The notes: generated by a model not told the origin, from the sequence alone. Counted from the first letter of the stretch, positions 11,601 through 22,165 are shown. The stretch is 64,000 bases of DNA from Sedimentisphaeraceae bacterium JB056 (GCA_044440125.1 JBITAJ010000021.1:128001-192000), one strand, 5' to 3'. Translations and numbers: made by a program.

Positions 11601-13028
11601 CTATTTAGGCCATGGATAATCATTCTTACCGGCAGTATCCTCTATAGGTCCTCTCGGCAGCGAATTATGATACGCCATTATTTTCTTTTCAAGACGCTTA
11701 ACAACAACAGGATTTCTGTCAGCTACGTTATCAACCTCCATAGGACAATTCACTATATCGTAAAGCTCTACTCGACTACGGTCGGGGTTCATAAGCAGCT
11801 TCCACTTACCCTCCCGTATCGCCAGCATAGGTGCACTGTTTATCTTGTGGTCGCTATGCTGGGCAAATCTGAATTCCCACATCAGCGGTATTCTGCGGTC
11901 TCGCTCACTGCCAAAGAAAATATCGCTGACATTTTCGCCGTCAAAATCAATATCCGGTTTATTAATACCGGCAATATCGCATACCGTTGGGAACCAATCG
12001 GTACCGCTTACAACGGATGTATCATTAACCTTACCCGCCGGAACTTTCCCCGGCCATCGCACGATAAAGGGAACACGAATACCACCATCATACAAACTGC
12101 GTTTCCTGCCGCGAAAAGGACCCGCTGAACCTACGCAAGCATTGTAGTTTGGTGTCATAGATTCTGGTCCGTTATCACTGGAAAATATCACAATCGTATT
12201 CTCATCAAGTCCAAGCTCCCTGAGACGAGTCATAAATCTACCGATTTGTTTATCACTCTCTGTCATTGTGGCATAATACTGACGATAAGGAGTTGTAAAC
12301 GATATCGGCTCAGAACCAAAACCTTTCGCCTGCCAACTCTTATATCTTCCAACATTCATTTGCTCCTGGCTTGGGCAAATCGGCGTATGGGGACGTTTCG
12401 ACCAGAGATTCAAATAGAATGGTTTATCTTTATTTCGCTCTATAAATTTTATACCTTCATCAAAAATAAGCTCGTCTGATTCGGCTATAAAGTCGTTATC
12501 CGGACGATCCCAGCCCGGACCCGGCGATACGAGAGTCCTGTGTTCATCCACTCCCAACTGTTCAGGAGAGGAGCCTTTGCTTCGTTCTGCTAAATGCCAC
12601 TTGCCATAATGACCGGTTCGATAACCGTTTTTCTGCATAACCTGCATCAGCCATAAGGTCTCCTTTGGCAGAGCAACATCCATGCCGTATTTTTCCATGC
12701 CCCAACCTACATGGTGCACTCCAAGACGACCGGGGAATTTTCCGGTAAGAAAAGCAACTCTCGTTGGTGCACATACTGAAGCATTGACATAGAAATGGGT
12801 AAACAAAGTACCTTCATCCGCCATTTTGTCAATATTGGGAGTCATTACGTATTGGTTGCCATAACAACCTATATCTCCCCAACCTGCATCATCAAGAAAA
12901 ATGAATACAAAATTGGGTTTTGGCTTTTTGCTCTGTTTGGAATCAGCCAATACATTAACACCTGAGAACATCAAACCCGCTGCTGTAGCGGCAGAACCCA
13001 TCGTCTTTAGAAAGCCTCTTCTATTCAT
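11601..13028 (-). CDS. S1 sulfatase (N-acetylgalactosamine-6-sulfatase-like), Tat signal
   Basis: MNRRGFLK leader, PNFVFIFLDDAG, CAPTRVAFLTG, GKWHL, SSDNG, YDGGIRVP. Confidence 0.92.
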   Translation of the reverse strand: MNRRGFLKTMGSAATAAGLMFSGVNVLADSKQSKKPKPNFVFIFLDDAGWGDIGCYGNQYVMTPNIDKMADEGTLFTHFYVNASVCAPTRVAFLTGKFPGRLGVHHVGWGMEKYGMDVALPKETLWLMQVMQKNGYRTGHYGKWHLAERSKGSSPEQLGVDEHRTLVSPGPGWDRPDNDFIAESDELIFDEGIKFIERNKDKPFYLNLWSKRPHTPICPSQEQMNVGRYKSWQAKGFGSEPISFTTPYRQYYATMTESDKQIGRFMTRLRELGLDENTIVIFSSDNGPESMTPNYNACVGSAGPFRGRKRSLYDGGIRVPFIVRWPGKVPAGKVNDTSVVSGTDWFPTVCDIAGINKPDIDFDGENVSDIFFGSERDRRIPLMWEFRFAQHSDHKINSAPMLAIREGKWKLLMNPDRSRVELYDIVNCPMEVDNVADRNPVVVKRLEKKIMAYHNSLPRGPIEDTAGKNDYPWPK

Positions 13029-15658
13029 TTTGATTCCTTATTATCCATAATCACAACATCAACAAGACCGCCCGCCCCATCCTGACTGTAAATTGCCGGA
13101 TGGCTGTTATCATTAACCTCTACCTGATTACCCCTGACAACAGATGTGTTTACAGGAGAGCTTAAAACTATCCCCTGACCGGCATTGATTACCGTATTAT
13201 TCTCAATCACACTCATCATTATACCGCTGTCCGGATGCGGAACTATCTGCGGTTTTTTAGTCCGCACATAACCTGTATATCGTGTATGCAAATATATGCC
13301 GACTTCCGCGTTCTTTATAGTGTTGTCTCTGCACACATTGCCAACCTGATACCAAAGCCTGTCTTCGGGAGCAGGCCACTGAAGTGTAAGGCGGAAATGA
13401 TCAACATAACCGGCAGCAATCTCACTGGTATCACCGGCATACCCTCTGACATTCTCAATAAGATTGCCGCGAGTTGTATTCCAACCAGTTGGTCCGCTGA
13501 AACGACTATTTATTATTATGCCGCTGGTAAGATTTCTGAAAGTATTATCGGCAATTATATTGTCAAAATTATAGAACCAAAGGCAGACACCATGAGTTTT
13601 TGTCTCTTCAACAAGTTTGCCTGTATCAACATAATTATTATATATCACGATATTCCTGTAAGCCGCCATAAGATGAACCCTGCTTGTTGAGTCCGGCTCA
13701 ACCCGCCACTGTTGAGCCAACTTAAAGACATAACGCTGCCCTTTTTTAATACATCCGGTTATTTCACGATACTGCCCTACGCCTCTACCCTTGGAAACAT
13801 AAAGTATCCAATTCTTGTCGTCTTTGACTTCATCAAGAACCTGACTTCCCCTGTTGTCATAATAGAAATGTGGATTTTTTGTATTCCAGTTCTGCCCGCT
13901 TTTCTTTTCAGAGTCGCTTGTCTTACGTACCATTTCTTTTTCAGCAAAAGTACCTATATTCTCAGTAGTAATCGTAAGATAATGTCCATGGGCTTCTACT
14001 ACATCAAAGAGTCCGCCATGCAAATTGCGATAATGAATCAAATACTGCTCCCCTTGGTTCTCATTCATTCCAATCGCAGAAGGATGCGGACCTACATTCT
14101 TACTTTCATTATTAGCAAAATAATAGTATCGGCCATAGCTGTTGAATGTGAGAATTGTACGACACATAGTCTTGGCGTTAAACCTGTCAACACCTTCAAA
14201 GCTGCAATTTTCAACGGCAACTTTTCTGCCGCTGTACATGACAATACCTGTCGCCCTGCCGCTGGCTCCGGAATTAGGCTTCCCATCAGGTTCACCGGAA
14301 TAGTAGCCTCTGAATTTCACATTATCGATCAATACAGACTCACTCAACGGCTTACTCTTACTGCTTTCCCAGCCTGTGAAACGACCTATCTGAATACCGG
14401 GACCTACAGCATGTATTTCTGAATCACAAATTTTAACATTGGCAAAGCCCTCAGTATCAATCAGAACTGCACCCTTATCGATAATTTTCTTAGTGATTCT
14501 TTTTATATCACGCTTAGCGCCTGCGGTTTGCCAAGGTCCCGGCTTTTTATAACCCCATGCTCTTTTGTCAAACATAACAATACGACAATTTTTTACGGTA
14601 ACATCAGAACCGTTAAAAACAAGCACATTTTGATCACTGCCGTCACTGGCATTTACCAGAGTCATATCCTCAACAGAGCAATTGCCGGCAACGAATTTCA
14701 TAAGCATATCAGGAATATTAGAAGCACCTGGATAAGAAATGATCGTACCATTTCCAGAAATATTTTCCTCTCCATTGACATAGCTTCCCATGCCTTTGCC
14801 GCGAAAATGTATATTTTTACTGCTTACAACAATAGGCTTACTTATTATGTATCTGCCGCAAGAAAAAACAACAACCCCTCCATCTACCTTCACTGCGGCA
14901 TTTACCGCCGCCTGCACCGCACTGCCGTCATCTTTATCATCGTTAGCTTCTGCACCAAAATCAGCAACGCTAAATTCTTTATCGGTATAATCATCTCTCT
15001 TCTCAATAGTAAAAGTTGCCGGCTCACTCCAGCCATAATCACCACCACTGCCGTTATGCAGCCATACCTGATAATTGCCCGCACTCAACTTCGCAACATC
15101 GATTTCAATCTGATAAGGATTGGCATTCTTAATATTCACAAACCCTGAAAAATTGCTTCCCTTGATGAATGCCTTAGGCTTAAAATCTCCTATAACAAAA
15201 TTCTTACCCATAATTTTAAGTGTACAAGTATCATTTCCTACTTTAACTTTTTCAGGGAAACACCACCATGCCTCCGGTGCGTTAACGCGTATAGGACTGC
15301 CGTAAACATCATGTTTGTATGGGTAAACAAGCATAGTAGCTGCCGGTACATCTGAAGGCACAATCGCTGTCATTCGATCATGCTCTGCAACCAAAGGCAC
15401 TACATCAAAAGCTTCACTCTCTACCCACAATTTAAGCTTCGCACCTTTCAAGTTATAACCGCTCATTACAAGAGTTTCATCAGGTAAAGTATTCTCACTT
15501 ATCGCTGCTATCGCAGGAGAAGCTTCTGACCCGCTTACACTAAATTCAGGAGTACAAATACCCTTATCCAAATTAACAGGACATTGAGGTATATCGCTGC
15601 CAAAGGCAAACGAAAACAATATGAACAACAAAAATAAACTTACTCTTTTTATTAGCAT
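13025..15658 (-). CDS. Secreted pectin-lyase-fold (Pectate_lyase_3 / GH28-related) beta-helix protein
   Basis: Signal peptide; FSVADFGAEANDDKDDGSAVQAAVNAA...GGVVVFSCGRY motif; beta-helix repeats. 4-bp overlap with the downstream sulfatase. Confidence 0.75.
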   Translation of the reverse strand: MLIKRVSLFLLFILFSFAFGSDIPQCPVNLDKGICTPEFSVSGSEASPAIAAISENTLPDETLVMSGYNLKGAKLKLWVESEAFDVVPLVAEHDRMTAIVPSDVPAATMLVYPYKHDVYGSPIRVNAPEAWWCFPEKVKVGNDTCTLKIMGKNFVIGDFKPKAFIKGSNFSGFVNIKNANPYQIEIDVAKLSAGNYQVWLHNGSGGDYGWSEPATFTIEKRDDYTDKEFSVADFGAEANDDKDDGSAVQAAVNAAVKVDGGVVVFSCGRYIISKPIVVSSKNIHFRGKGMGSYVNGEENISGNGTIISYPGASNIPDMLMKFVAGNCSVEDMTLVNASDGSDQNVLVFNGSDVTVKNCRIVMFDKRAWGYKKPGPWQTAGAKRDIKRITKKIIDKGAVLIDTEGFANVKICDSEIHAVGPGIQIGRFTGWESSKSKPLSESVLIDNVKFRGYYSGEPDGKPNSGASGRATGIVMYSGRKVAVENCSFEGVDRFNAKTMCRTILTFNSYGRYYYFANNESKNVGPHPSAIGMNENQGEQYLIHYRNLHGGLFDVVEAHGHYLTITTENIGTFAEKEMVRKTSDSEKKSGQNWNTKNPHFYYDNRGSQVLDEVKDDKNWILYVSKGRGVGQYREITGCIKKGQRYVFKLAQQWRVEPDSTSRVHLMAAYRNIVIYNNYVDTGKLVEETKTHGVCLWFYNFDNIIADNTFRNLTSGIIINSRFSGPTGWNTTRGNLIENVRGYAGDTSEIAAGYVDHFRLTLQWPAPEDRLWYQVGNVCRDNTIKNAEVGIYLHTRYTGYVRTKKPQIVPHPDSGIMMSVIENNTVINAGQGIVLSSPVNTSVVRGNQVEVNDNSHPAIYSQDGAGGLVDVVIMDNKESK

Positions 15659-15670
15659 AAAACCACCGTA

Positions 15671-17254
15671 TCATCTGAATATAATATAAATAACTGTCAT
15701 TATAACAAGCAACACAATCCACCAAAACCAAACCGTCTTAGCAGACTTAATGCTATGGCCATTACTTGAATACGTCTCCCTAAGCGTAGGTAGGCCATAC
15801 TCTGATGATGGAGCAACGGTTAGTAATGAAACCGCTATCATCAGAACAACCAAGCCTACAAACAAATAGAATGAAAGCATGAGAAAATGAGGCCACTGAA
15901 AACCCGTCGGCCATTTCGCAAGATAGCACACACCTATCCCAATACTCACTATGTTTCCGAAAACAAGCACAGTAAACGCAGCCTGGGAATTTGCCCGCTT
16001 CCACAATACACCAACAAGAAAAACTACTGCCATCGAAGGAGCCATAAAAGCAATCATCGACTGTATCAAGCTAAAGAGATCCATATCTTTTATCTGACCA
16101 AACAAAATAGCCAATACTACAGCAACCACACCGCTTACAGCAGTAACAACCCTGCCTATAAATTTAGCTTCCTTATCTCCGGCATCAGGTCTGAATAATT
16201 TACAATAAATATCAAGCGTAAACACCGTGCTGAGTGAATTCTGCTGTGAATCGACAGTACTGACAAGAGCCGCTATAAGAACAGCGATTATAAGACCAAC
16301 CATTCCTGAAGGCAGATAAGTAGTTACCATTGTCATATAAGCCTGATCAGGATCTATAAGATCGGGATGCAGTACCTTGCAGATTATTCCGGGTACAAAG
16401 AAAATAAGCGGTGTAAGGATTTTGAGGTAACTTGCAAATATTGAGCCATACTGCCCCTGCTGCACATCCCTGCCGCCAAGAGCTCGCTGAACTATTATCT
16501 GATTTGTACACCAGAACCAGATCCCCATTACAGGATACCCAAACACAATCGCAGGCCAAGGATAACTCGCATCATCGGCAGGTCTGAAAAGCTGCCAATA
16601 ATCAGGCGGTACAGAACCGACAAGTTCACTTATTCCACCAACCTTGTAAAGCCCTATAACTGTTAGAGCGGCAGAAGCAACAATCATCAGAATTGACTGG
16701 AATGAATCAGTAATAACTACCGCTTCAAGACCGCCGGCAACAGTAAAACTCGTTGCAATCACAGTAAGGAAGATAATCGAAAAAATCAAAGACCAGCCAA
16801 GTATCTGCCCAAGCAATACGCCGCCTGCATACAGGGTTGTTCCAAGTGAAACACATGTTGTAAAAACCGCATACCATGATAAAAAATTACGGCATTTATT
16901 ACCATACCGCCTCAACATAAACTGCGGCATAGTTGAAACTTTTGTATTTATATAATGCGGCAAAAAAACCATCGCCATAAGCATAAGAAAAGGCCATGCA
17001 AGCCATTCAAAATTACTCGCAACCATACCTGTTGAATATGCTACGCCGCATGAACCAATCATCATCGATGGTGCTATGTTGGTACCAAAAATCGACAAGC
17101 CAATATTAGGCCAACCAAGAGAACGGCCGGCAAGAAAAATGTCATCACTTTCTTTTTTACGAAAACTAACCCAGAAACCTATTGTTATAACGGATAAGAT
17201 ATAAATTATAATTACAGTATAGTCTAAATTGGTTACCGACTGATGAATTTCCAT
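15671..17254 (-). CDS. Sodium:solute symporter (SGLT-like sugar transporter)
   Basis: Many transmembrane segments; FLAGRSL, GGLEAVVITD, WFWCTNQIIVQRAL motifs. Confidence 0.93.
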   Translation of the reverse strand: MEIHQSVTNLDYTVIIIYILSVITIGFWVSFRKKESDDIFLAGRSLGWPNIGLSIFGTNIAPSMMIGSCGVAYSTGMVASNFEWLAWPFLMLMAMVFLPHYINTKVSTMPQFMLRRYGNKCRNFLSWYAVFTTCVSLGTTLYAGGVLLGQILGWSLIFSIIFLTVIATSFTVAGGLEAVVITDSFQSILMIVASAALTVIGLYKVGGISELVGSVPPDYWQLFRPADDASYPWPAIVFGYPVMGIWFWCTNQIIVQRALGGRDVQQGQYGSIFASYLKILTPLIFFVPGIICKVLHPDLIDPDQAYMTMVTTYLPSGMVGLIIAVLIAALVSTVDSQQNSLSTVFTLDIYCKLFRPDAGDKEAKFIGRVVTAVSGVVAVVLAILFGQIKDMDLFSLIQSMIAFMAPSMAVVFLVGVLWKRANSQAAFTVLVFGNIVSIGIGVCYLAKWPTGFQWPHFLMLSFYLFVGLVVLMIAVSLLTVAPSSEYGLPTLRETYSSNGHSIKSAKTVWFWWIVLLVIMTVIYIIFR

Positions 17255-17304
17255 ATGCGTAAATCTACTTGTCTATTAAAATAAATTAAAAATACAAATT
17301 CTAA

Positions 17305-17443
17305 AGAAAAAACGGAGCCTTTTTTGATGCGTCCGACAAAAGTTGATAAACGTCCAATTAACCCTTGATATCTGATTAAAATCGCAGATTTAATCAGCAA
17401 AGATTGACTTTTGTCAGTTTCGCCTTTTTAAAGGCTCCGTTTT
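17305..17443 (-). terminator. Long nested stem-loop with U-tract (terminator or RNA structural element)
   Basis: AAAACGGAGCCTTT pairs with AAAGGCTCCGTTTT around two inner stems; T-run follows on the minus strand, just after the stop of the gene ending at 17453. Confidence 0.55.
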
Positions 17444-17452
17444 GAATATTAA

Positions 17453-19816
17453 TTAAAACGGCCAGGTAGTCTGCTCATTGAGCCACTGCGATGCCATTGA
17501 AGCATAGTCCTTGATATTAACAACATCATCATCATTAACATCTGCAACCGAAATTGACGGCTGAACAATCTGACTTTGACCTGCAAGAGCAAGAATTTCT
17601 TCCTGACTCAAAACCCTGTCAAAAATCATAAAATCATCCATCATACCAATATGGGCATTTGATCCGGAAGAATTTAAACAACCTATAAAGCAATCTGTTA
17701 CAGGAGCAACATGTGCGATTTCATCATAATTTTCATACGCACGGGCAACAAGCTCACCATTCCTGTATATACCCATAACTCCGGTAGATATATCCTTCGT
17801 GAAGGCATAATGATTCCACTGTCCTGCCCAGTCTGAAGGCACAGAAGAAACCCAGGTTACACCATTAGTAGCAGCCGAATTCAAATGAGTTCTCCAGAAT
17901 ACATTACCATTCTTGTACGGCAATATAACAACAATTCTATCACCATTATTGTGAGTGGCAAGGAAAGTAAAATCATATCTCTCCTGACTTGGATAAGTAG
18001 CAGCATCACCATTTATCCAAAAGGCAACTGTTGTCTGCTGTGTTATACTGTTACTGTCAAATACTTCCAAAGGTACAGATACACCGGATGCTCCATCAAG
18101 CTCCAGGCAACCACCATTAACACCCTGAGAAGGTAGCCAATGAGCCGCAAGGTCAGTAGTAACACCATCAAAACCATTACCTGAACTGTCAGCCGCTGTG
18201 TATCCGCTTGTCTCATCAAAATTGTAGTACACTACAGGATCACTCGGCACAGAACCGGCGACTATAGTACCGCTTTGCTCAAGCCAATCTGAAATGTAAT
18301 ACATTATATCATCCATATCGGCAGTACAATCGCCAGTAACATCACCTGGAAAGAAATCAGGAACACATCTTGATGCGTATAGCGTAATGTTATCAAACAG
18401 AACTGTTCCCCTGCCGACACCACTGAATCCAAACTCAATGCTTACTACATTTGAAAGATCAACACCGGCACCGGTAATATCCGCAAGGTCAATATTCCAA
18501 CCCTTGTATTCCTGATTAAAATCAGCATAAAGATCAGTAACATCTGTATAATAAACAACGCCCTGATTAACACCATCAGAAATGCTGAGATAAAGAGTAT
18601 CAATCTCATTAGCATCGCCATAAACATCCATAGCCAAAGCAACTATTCCCGGTTCACTCCAATCCTGAGCCGGTGAGAACATTCTTGAGACACTTGTTGT
18701 TTGTGCAGCAGAAGTATGTTCAAAGAACAAATCAAGAGCCTGAGTACTGTTATATATGGTAGCCAAATCAAGAGCAGCATCAGCTCCCCAAACAAGCTGA
18801 ATATCGCTATCATTGCCGTAAGACTCGAAATCTTCTATTAACATACTGTTAGATACAGTAAAACTCCATGTTGTTCCTCTTACGACAGAAGAATCAGCTA
18901 ATACTGCATCTATTCTCCAATAATAACTCTGTCCGTGAACAAGCCCTGTTAGAGAATAATCAGCATTTGCCTGATTACCAAAAAATTCAGGTGAAGAAGT
19001 GTCTGCATGAACAACTGCATCATAGTCCACACCAAAATAGACATCACTCGAAACCGAACCCGGACCTGCCGCCCATGTAAGTGTCAAATCTGACGTGGCA
19101 TCCTCTGCTCCATTTGCAGGTGAGGGACTGCCGGCTTTAGCAACTCTGCTTACAACTGTTTCACCAAGTCCGCCGCGTGCCGAGGCATCATAAGTAACTA
19201 CAATATCACCCTCATTATTATACGGAATAATTGTAGTACCTACCAACGCCTCCATAGTAGCCTTAACATTACCCTTAAGACTGAAAGTACCGTTACCTAC
19301 ATAGATTTTACTGTATGTTGCAGCATCAGTAGTTTGCAAAAGCAGTCTGTTACAAGTTACCATACCATCTAAAAGATACCACTCTGAGAGACCTGTACGA
19401 TAACCAACACGCCAAAAATCGTTACATATTACATCACCGCCAAGCTGCTCAAATCGAGCGGCATAAAAGCTTGAATCATAAAAATGGTGATTACCAAGAC
19501 TTATACCGGATGTTGCGGTAATCGTTCCGCCTGTCATTTTAATGTAAGTCTGCTTTGATGCGGTATTATAACTGGACATACGCAAACGAGCACAAGTAAC
19601 ATTATCACCTTCTTCAATCAGACAATAATTACCTGTAACCTCATAATCTTCATCAAAATAAGCTATGTCACTGCCTGATGGCGGCCCCGAAGGACTCCAG
19701 TTACTTGAAGTGTTCCAATCATGATCTCCAACAGAATCATTAAAATAATAATCTGCGCCATTTGCGGCCATACTAACCGCTAACAAAACAACAAAAATCA
19801 ATAAGTTTGATCTCAT
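17453..19816 (-). CDS. Secreted, apparently non-catalytic protein: accessory N-domain, CBM-like domain, LamG jelly-roll, dockerin-like EF-hands
   Basis: Start moved to ATG 19816 (AGGAG RBS); YYNFDETSG...WNHYAF...GMMDDFMIFDRVLSQEEI LamG motifs; GDVTGDCTADMDD and DVNDDDVVNIKD. Confidence 0.8.
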   Translation of the reverse strand: MRSNLLIFVVLLAVSMAANGADYYFNDSVGDHDWNTSSNWSPSGPPSGSDIAYFDEDYEVTGNYCLIEEGDNVTCARLRMSSYNTASKQTYIKMTGGTITATSGISLGNHHFYDSSFYAARFEQLGGDVICNDFWRVGYRTGLSEWYLLDGMVTCNRLLLQTTDAATYSKIYVGNGTFSLKGNVKATMEALVGTTIIPYNNEGDIVVTYDASARGGLGETVVSRVAKAGSPSPANGAEDATSDLTLTWAAGPGSVSSDVYFGVDYDAVVHADTSSPEFFGNQANADYSLTGLVHGQSYYWRIDAVLADSSVVRGTTWSFTVSNSMLIEDFESYGNDSDIQLVWGADAALDLATIYNSTQALDLFFEHTSAAQTTSVSRMFSPAQDWSEPGIVALAMDVYGDANEIDTLYLSISDGVNQGVVYYTDVTDLYADFNQEYKGWNIDLADITGAGVDLSNVVSIEFGFSGVGRGTVLFDNITLYASRCVPDFFPGDVTGDCTADMDDIMYYISDWLEQSGTIVAGSVPSDPVVYYNFDETSGYTAADSSGNGFDGVTTDLAAHWLPSQGVNGGCLELDGASGVSVPLEVFDSNSITQQTTVAFWINGDAATYPSQERYDFTFLATHNNGDRIVVILPYKNGNVFWRTHLNSAATNGVTWVSSVPSDWAGQWNHYAFTKDISTGVMGIYRNGELVARAYENYDEIAHVAPVTDCFIGCLNSSGSNAHIGMMDDFMIFDRVLSQEEILALAGQSQIVQPSISVADVNDDDVVNIKDYASMASQWLNEQTTWPF

Positions 19817-19883
19817 AAAAATACTCCTAAAAAAGTTTTGTACAGGTATGATTTTATCCAAACCATATTATGAAACTGGTCTG

Positions 19884-19948
19884 ATTATAGCCATCGCAAA
19901 GTACAAATTCAAAGCCAAAACACGCCAAAAAACCGCCCTTTTACGCCA
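19884..19948 (-). promoter_or_regulatory. Candidate XylR/AraC-type operator (19912-19948) abutting a TTGAAT-17-TATAAT promoter
   Basis: Same four-box array as at 8315-8351; -35 at 19907-19912 and -10 at 19884-19889. Confidence 0.75.
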
Positions 19949-21136
19949 TTAATATTTACCATGTTTTTTTCTGAAAGCAACTGGAGTAAGCCCCATTATC
20001 GAACCAAAATATCTTGAAAAATGATCGGTTTCCACAAATCCCATGGTTTTTGCAATCTCCGTAACTGACATATTAGTATTTAACAATAAACGACTTATAT
20101 GTTCAATCCTAAGACGTTTAATCTCACTATTAACTGAAGTACCCAAATTTTCTTTAAAACGCCTTTCAAGGGTTCTACGAGAAGTATATGAGGCAGTTAC
20201 TACATCATCAACCTGTATATTTCTCTTGAAATTTTCGTTAATAAAATTAACCGCCCTCGCTACTTCATCATCCTCAATCGCAAGAATATCTGTTGATCGC
20301 CTTGGTTCAATACCAATAGGATGAATTTTTATATCATATGAATCAGGTGCTCTACCGTCTATCATATCATGAAGAATCTGAGCCGCCTTAAAACCTGCCC
20401 CTTCTGTATCAAGGATTATACTTGAAAGAGTTGGTCTTGACAGATCACAAACAAATTTATCGTTATCAACTCCGAGTATAGCAACCTGTTCAGGCACCTT
20501 TATATCCCTTATTTTGCAAGCCTCCATCACCTGCTGGCTTCTGTTATCATTACATGCCATCACTCCTAAAGGCTTGGGCAATGAATCTATCCAATCGGCT
20601 AAAAAACGCTGTTCAAAAGCCCAGTGCCTATCCTTGATTTTTGAAGGGGGGCTGTAAACATTCGCTTCAAAACCAAATTCACCCAAAGTCCTTGCAAATC
20701 CCACTTCTCGCTGCTTTGCCCATACAGTTTCTCCAATACCACAAAAGGCAAAACTCTTAAATCCTTTGTTAATAAGATGTTCAGCGGCAACTTTACCCAT
20801 CTGCTCATAATCAGCCGATATTATGGGGACATTCTCAAGTCTATCGCTTGAGACAGATGTTGCTGCTATCAAAGGAACATTAAAATCTAAGATCCTGCCA
20901 AGAAGTTTTTCCGGTGCCATTGCAATAACCCCATCAGGCGACCATTCTGCCAGGTGATCCATGACTTTTTTCTCCGCAAATTTTCGACTATATGGGTAAT
21001 CATCATAATAAAAAGGAGCCATACGATAAAACGTCCATGGACCATGAATCTCTGAATATTTTGCAATGCCGGTTATCAAACCTCTTTCATATTCAGTAGC
21101 AACACCTATCATAAGCAGGATTTTAGGAATACGCAT
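19949..21136 (-). CDS. XylR-family transcriptional regulator (periplasmic-binding-like sensor plus AraC HTH)
   Basis: LPKPLGVMACND, VPEQVAILGVDND, IEPRRSTD, SRRTLERRF, C-terminal AraC signature GF...HFSRYF...GLTP. Confidence 0.92.
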   Translation of the reverse strand: MRIPKILLMIGVATEYERGLITGIAKYSEIHGPWTFYRMAPFYYDDYPYSRKFAEKKVMDHLAEWSPDGVIAMAPEKLLGRILDFNVPLIAATSVSSDRLENVPIISADYEQMGKVAAEHLINKGFKSFAFCGIGETVWAKQREVGFARTLGEFGFEANVYSPPSKIKDRHWAFEQRFLADWIDSLPKPLGVMACNDNRSQQVMEACKIRDIKVPEQVAILGVDNDKFVCDLSRPTLSSIILDTEGAGFKAAQILHDMIDGRAPDSYDIKIHPIGIEPRRSTDILAIEDDEVARAVNFINENFKRNIQVDDVVTASYTSRRTLERRFKENLGTSVNSEIKRLRIEHISRLLLNTNMSVTEIAKTMGFVETDHFSRYFGSIMGLTPVAFRKKHGKY

Positions 21137-21247
21137 AAAAACTCCATTTTAATCTTGAAAATAACATAAAGCAAGCTGCGTCTTAATAATACGAATTTAA
21201 TTTAAGATTTTCAAGACATAACTACAAATCCTAAGCCCAAAAAAAAA

Positions 21248-22140
21248 GGCTCATCCGAATAATGGGTACCTGTTCTTGCAAAATAAAGACATGGTGCTAT
21301 TATGAATGGAAAAAAATAAAACCATTCATTTTAGGAATTAGCACCATGTCAATCTCCCATTTGCAGATCCTAAAAAACATTATACGCGTTCTCTTGCCAT
21401 TGATGAATTTTATCTTGGAAAACGTCGAAAGTTTATAACGATAGTCATGAATCTCGAGACAGGCGAATTTATTCATCTCGGCAAAGGCAAGGGTAAAAAA
21501 CTCTTCAGGGTTTCTGGGGCAGGCTGAAACACTCTAAAGCCAAGATTGAAGCTGTTTCAACAGATATGGCAAGCGGATATATATTTGAGGTCTCAGAGAA
21601 ACTGCCCGATGCTGTACAGGTACTTGATCACTTCCACATAGTTAAGTGGTTCAATGACAAGCTTACTCAATTGAGAAGAGATCTTTACAGGGAAGCAAAG
21701 GGGATATGCAAGGATGTCCTCAAGGTAGTTCGATGGTTGCTGCTAAAGAAGCCTCAGGATTTGAAGACACATAGAATCAGGAAAAAAGATGAGAAAAAGA
21801 GACTACAGCAAGCCTTGAAATTTAATCAACCTCTGGCAACAGCCTACTATATGAAAGAGAGACTGCGATTAATGTTTAACTGCGGCAGTATAGAAGAAGC
21901 AAGAGACGAACTTACGGCTTGGTGTCAGGATGCAGAAAACAGCGGTATTGCAATATTAAAAAAGGCTGCCCGCCAAGTCCTGATATGGAAAACTCTTATC
22001 TTAAACTGGTACAAATACCCAATAAACAGTGCCAAACTTGAAGGTACAAACGCAAAAATAAGGACTCTCCAAAAAAGAGCTTACGGATACAGAGATAAGC
22101 AATATTTCAAACTTAGACTATTCAATCTACACAACATCAA
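21248..22140 (+). pseudogene. Degenerate ISL3-family transposase / IS remnant
   Basis: GGCTC-starting left end at 21248; FADPKKHYTRS fused directly to LAIDEFYLG (internal deletion); frameshift near 21500; ORF 21566-22198 has DHFHIV, EGTNAKIRTLQKRAYGYRD, YFKL. No right IR found. Confidence 0.85.
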
Positions 22141-22165
22141 CCCTTTAACCACAAGCACTTACAAA

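Noticed and set aside
17305..17443. Integron attC site
   Set aside because: No RYYYAAC/GTTRRRY core pair at the stem ends, no integrase and no cassette array.
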